Shown here: positions 62,715 to 64,000 of the stretch, one piece after another
How positions within the stretch are numbered: position 1 is the first letter of the stretch
Layout of the letters: each line of letters opens with the position of its first letter
DNA from: Solirubrobacteraceae bacterium
GTDB taxonomy: Bacteria; Actinomycetota; Thermoleophilia; Solirubrobacterales; Solirubrobacteraceae
Length of the DNA: 64,000 bases
Direction of reading: 5' to 3'
Assembly: GCA_039744215.1 (NCBI GenBank)
Contig: JBCJTT010000007.1
Coordinates: 5,598 to 69,597, forward strand
Translations under genes and position numbers: made by a program
The notes under the pieces: generated by a model
Databases searched by the model: none
The model's input: only the letters and a program-made list of their open reading frames with translations
What the model was told of the DNA's origin: nothing

Positions 62715-63999
62715 TGGTCTTGGGGCGGCTGGCACCGCCACCGTTTGCGTTGTAGGCTTGGATTTCCTCGAAGGCCCTATCCAACACTGGCCCGGCTGGC
62801 ACGACAGAGCCGTCGGGCTCGATGATCGTCTCGCCCTCGCGCCCAAACTCGGGGAAGAAGTCGGTGTCGAACTCGGCTATGTCTAGGCCCGCAATCTCGA
62901 CCTCCGGCGGCACGCGCAAGAGGTTCATCTTTTTGAGGATCCAGGAGCCCGTCCACCCGGTTAGGAAACCGAGCGGGAGGAAGGTGGCCATCCCGATCAG
63001 CTGCCCACCAATAGACGTGTCGACGTTGTTTATGCCAGTCGGATAGCCGGCCGCGAAAACACCGACCCAGAGCAGGCCAAGGAACCCAGCGACGCCGTGG
63101 ACGGCGACCGCGCTGACAGCGTCATCCACGCGCATCCGTTTCTCGAGGAATCCCGCCCCGTAGTAGGCGAGCACGGCGGTCAAGGCCGCGAGCAGGTACG
63201 CGAGCGTGGGAGCGTAAATGTCGGCGCCAGCGGAAACACCGACCACCCCTGCTAGTCCCCCCGAGATCGTCCAGAACGGGTCACCCTTTGAGGCGAAGTA
63301 GCCGCCTGTGAATCCGCCCGCGAAGCCGAAAGTGGCCACCATCGTGATCGACCCGAGCGTGGTTGGGTTCAGGTAGATGTTGGCCCAGCCTGGGAACGCG
63401 GTCGACGATATAACCAAGCAGGCGGCGTAGAAGCCGTAGAAGCCAGTGAAGATCAGCATCAGGCCCAGAGCCGTTATATGCAGGTTGTGGGGTCTGAAGT
63501 TGCGGGCTTTGCCCTTCACGTAGCGGCCGATTCGGGGCCCCATGTTGAACAGCACGCCCAAGGCGAATGCGCCAGCGACTCCGTGAACGACACCCGAAGC
63601 GATCGCGTCGTGGAAGCCGAAGCGAACCGGTAGCCAGCCACCGGCGCTCCATCCCCAGGCAGCATCTAGGATCCAGACCACCGAACCGAGTAGAACAGCG
63701 AGCAGCAGGTAAGCACTTAGCCGGGCCCGCTCGATAATCGCACCGGACATGATTGAGGCTGTCGTCCAGGAGAAGAGCAGGAAGGCCAGGAAGAAGATCA
63801 TGTTGATGTTGTTTGTCAGGTTGGGGCCGAAGGCATCGCTCCACGGAATACCGCCCTGGCAGGCCAGCGACGTGAAGTCTGAGGAGTTCGGACCGATCGG
63901 CAGGCCGGGCTGGTTGCAGTTGTAGATCCACCAGCCGAAGAAGTAGAAGCTCGGCGTGACCACGGCGATCGTCAGGATGTTTTTGAGGACCGTCGCCAT
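62707..63999 (-). CDS. amt: ammonium/methylammonium transporter (Amt family), possibly 5'-truncated by the window edge
   Basis: At least 430 aa and about 11 TM helices. Amt signatures AAWGWSAGGWL, FHDAIASGVVHGVAGAF and AVHGVAGFLG. Acidic cytoplasmic tail. Confidence 0.85.
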   Translation of the reverse strand: MATVLKNILTIAVVTPSFYFFGWWIYNCNQPGLPIGPNSSDFTSLACQGGIPWSDAFGPNLTNNINMIFFLAFLLFSWTTASIMSGAIIERARLSAYLLLAVLLGSVVWILDAAWGWSAGGWLPVRFGFHDAIASGVVHGVAGAFALGVLFNMGPRIGRYVKGKARNFRPHNLHITALGLMLIFTGFYGFYAACLVISSTAFPGWANIYLNPTTLGSITMVATFGFAGGFTGGYFASKGDPFWTISGGLAGVVGVSAGADIYAPTLAYLLAALTAVLAYYGAGFLEKRMRVDDAVSAVAVHGVAGFLGLLWVGVFAAGYPTGINNVDTSIGGQLIGMATFLPLGFLTGWTGSWILKKMNLLRVPPEVEIAGLDIAEFDTDFFPEFGREGETIIEPDGSVVPAGPVLDRAFEEIQAYNANGGGASRPKTNV

Positions 64000-64000
64000 T

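Noticed and set aside
1-64000. CRISPR arrays, rRNA genes, prophage structural genes, toxin-antitoxin pairs
   Set aside because: I saw no regularly spaced direct repeats, no rRNA-like conserved stretches, and no capsid, terminase or TA-like small gene pairs on either strand.

Overview
High-GC, actinobacterial-type chromosome segment; GC was judged by eye, not computed. Many long ORFs in the track are Arg/Pro/Ala-rich antisense shadows and were ignored.

(1) 1-27.4 kb is a conserved housekeeping backbone, mostly on the minus strand. It holds pepP-aroQ-aroK/aroB fusion-aroC, then aroE-mltG-ruvX-alaS-(IscU-like::MnmA fusion)-aspS-hisS. It also holds an FTR1 iron permease, RNase D, a two-permease ABC-2 exporter and an MFS pump.

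(2) 27,413-45,090 is a tRNA-Met(CAT) gene followed by a ~17.6 kb insert. The insert ends in a 49-bp (48/49) direct repeat of the tRNA 3' half, the signature of a tRNA-targeted genomic island. I could not find an integrase. The tRNA-proximal third is debris: a 1.16-kb IS with 30-bp inverted repeats, a transposase relic, a HEPN-motif fragment and a stray tRNA-Ala 3' fragment. It also carries an orphan secreted protein and an adenylate cyclase.

The distal 10 kb is the most interesting object in the window. It is a tightly coupled 12-gene minus-strand array: Zn-ribbon ORF, GAF histidine kinase, LuxR response regulator, fabD, fabH, fabG, ACP, fabF, an AccD6-like carboxyltransferase, a MaoC dehydratase, fabI and a terminal thioester reductase. 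This is a self-contained, mycobacterial-style FAS-II ending in a reductase, with its own two-component system. A shared G-tract/palindromic motif lies upstream of both the regulator genes and fabD.

(3) 45.1-64 kb contains:
- a sulfatase pseudogene with two in-frame TAG codons
- a peptidoglycan-binding protein and a large alpha/beta hydrolase
- an ABC-ABC-FGE-MOSC operon
- a long nitrogen/amine block (amt, three tiny membrane ORFs, a PepSY-like protein, a GS-like ligase, a split glutamate-synthase-like trio, a GATase1 and a SemiSWEET) resembling the N-methylglutamate pathway genes gmaS-mgsABC

No CRISPR array or rRNA was seen.
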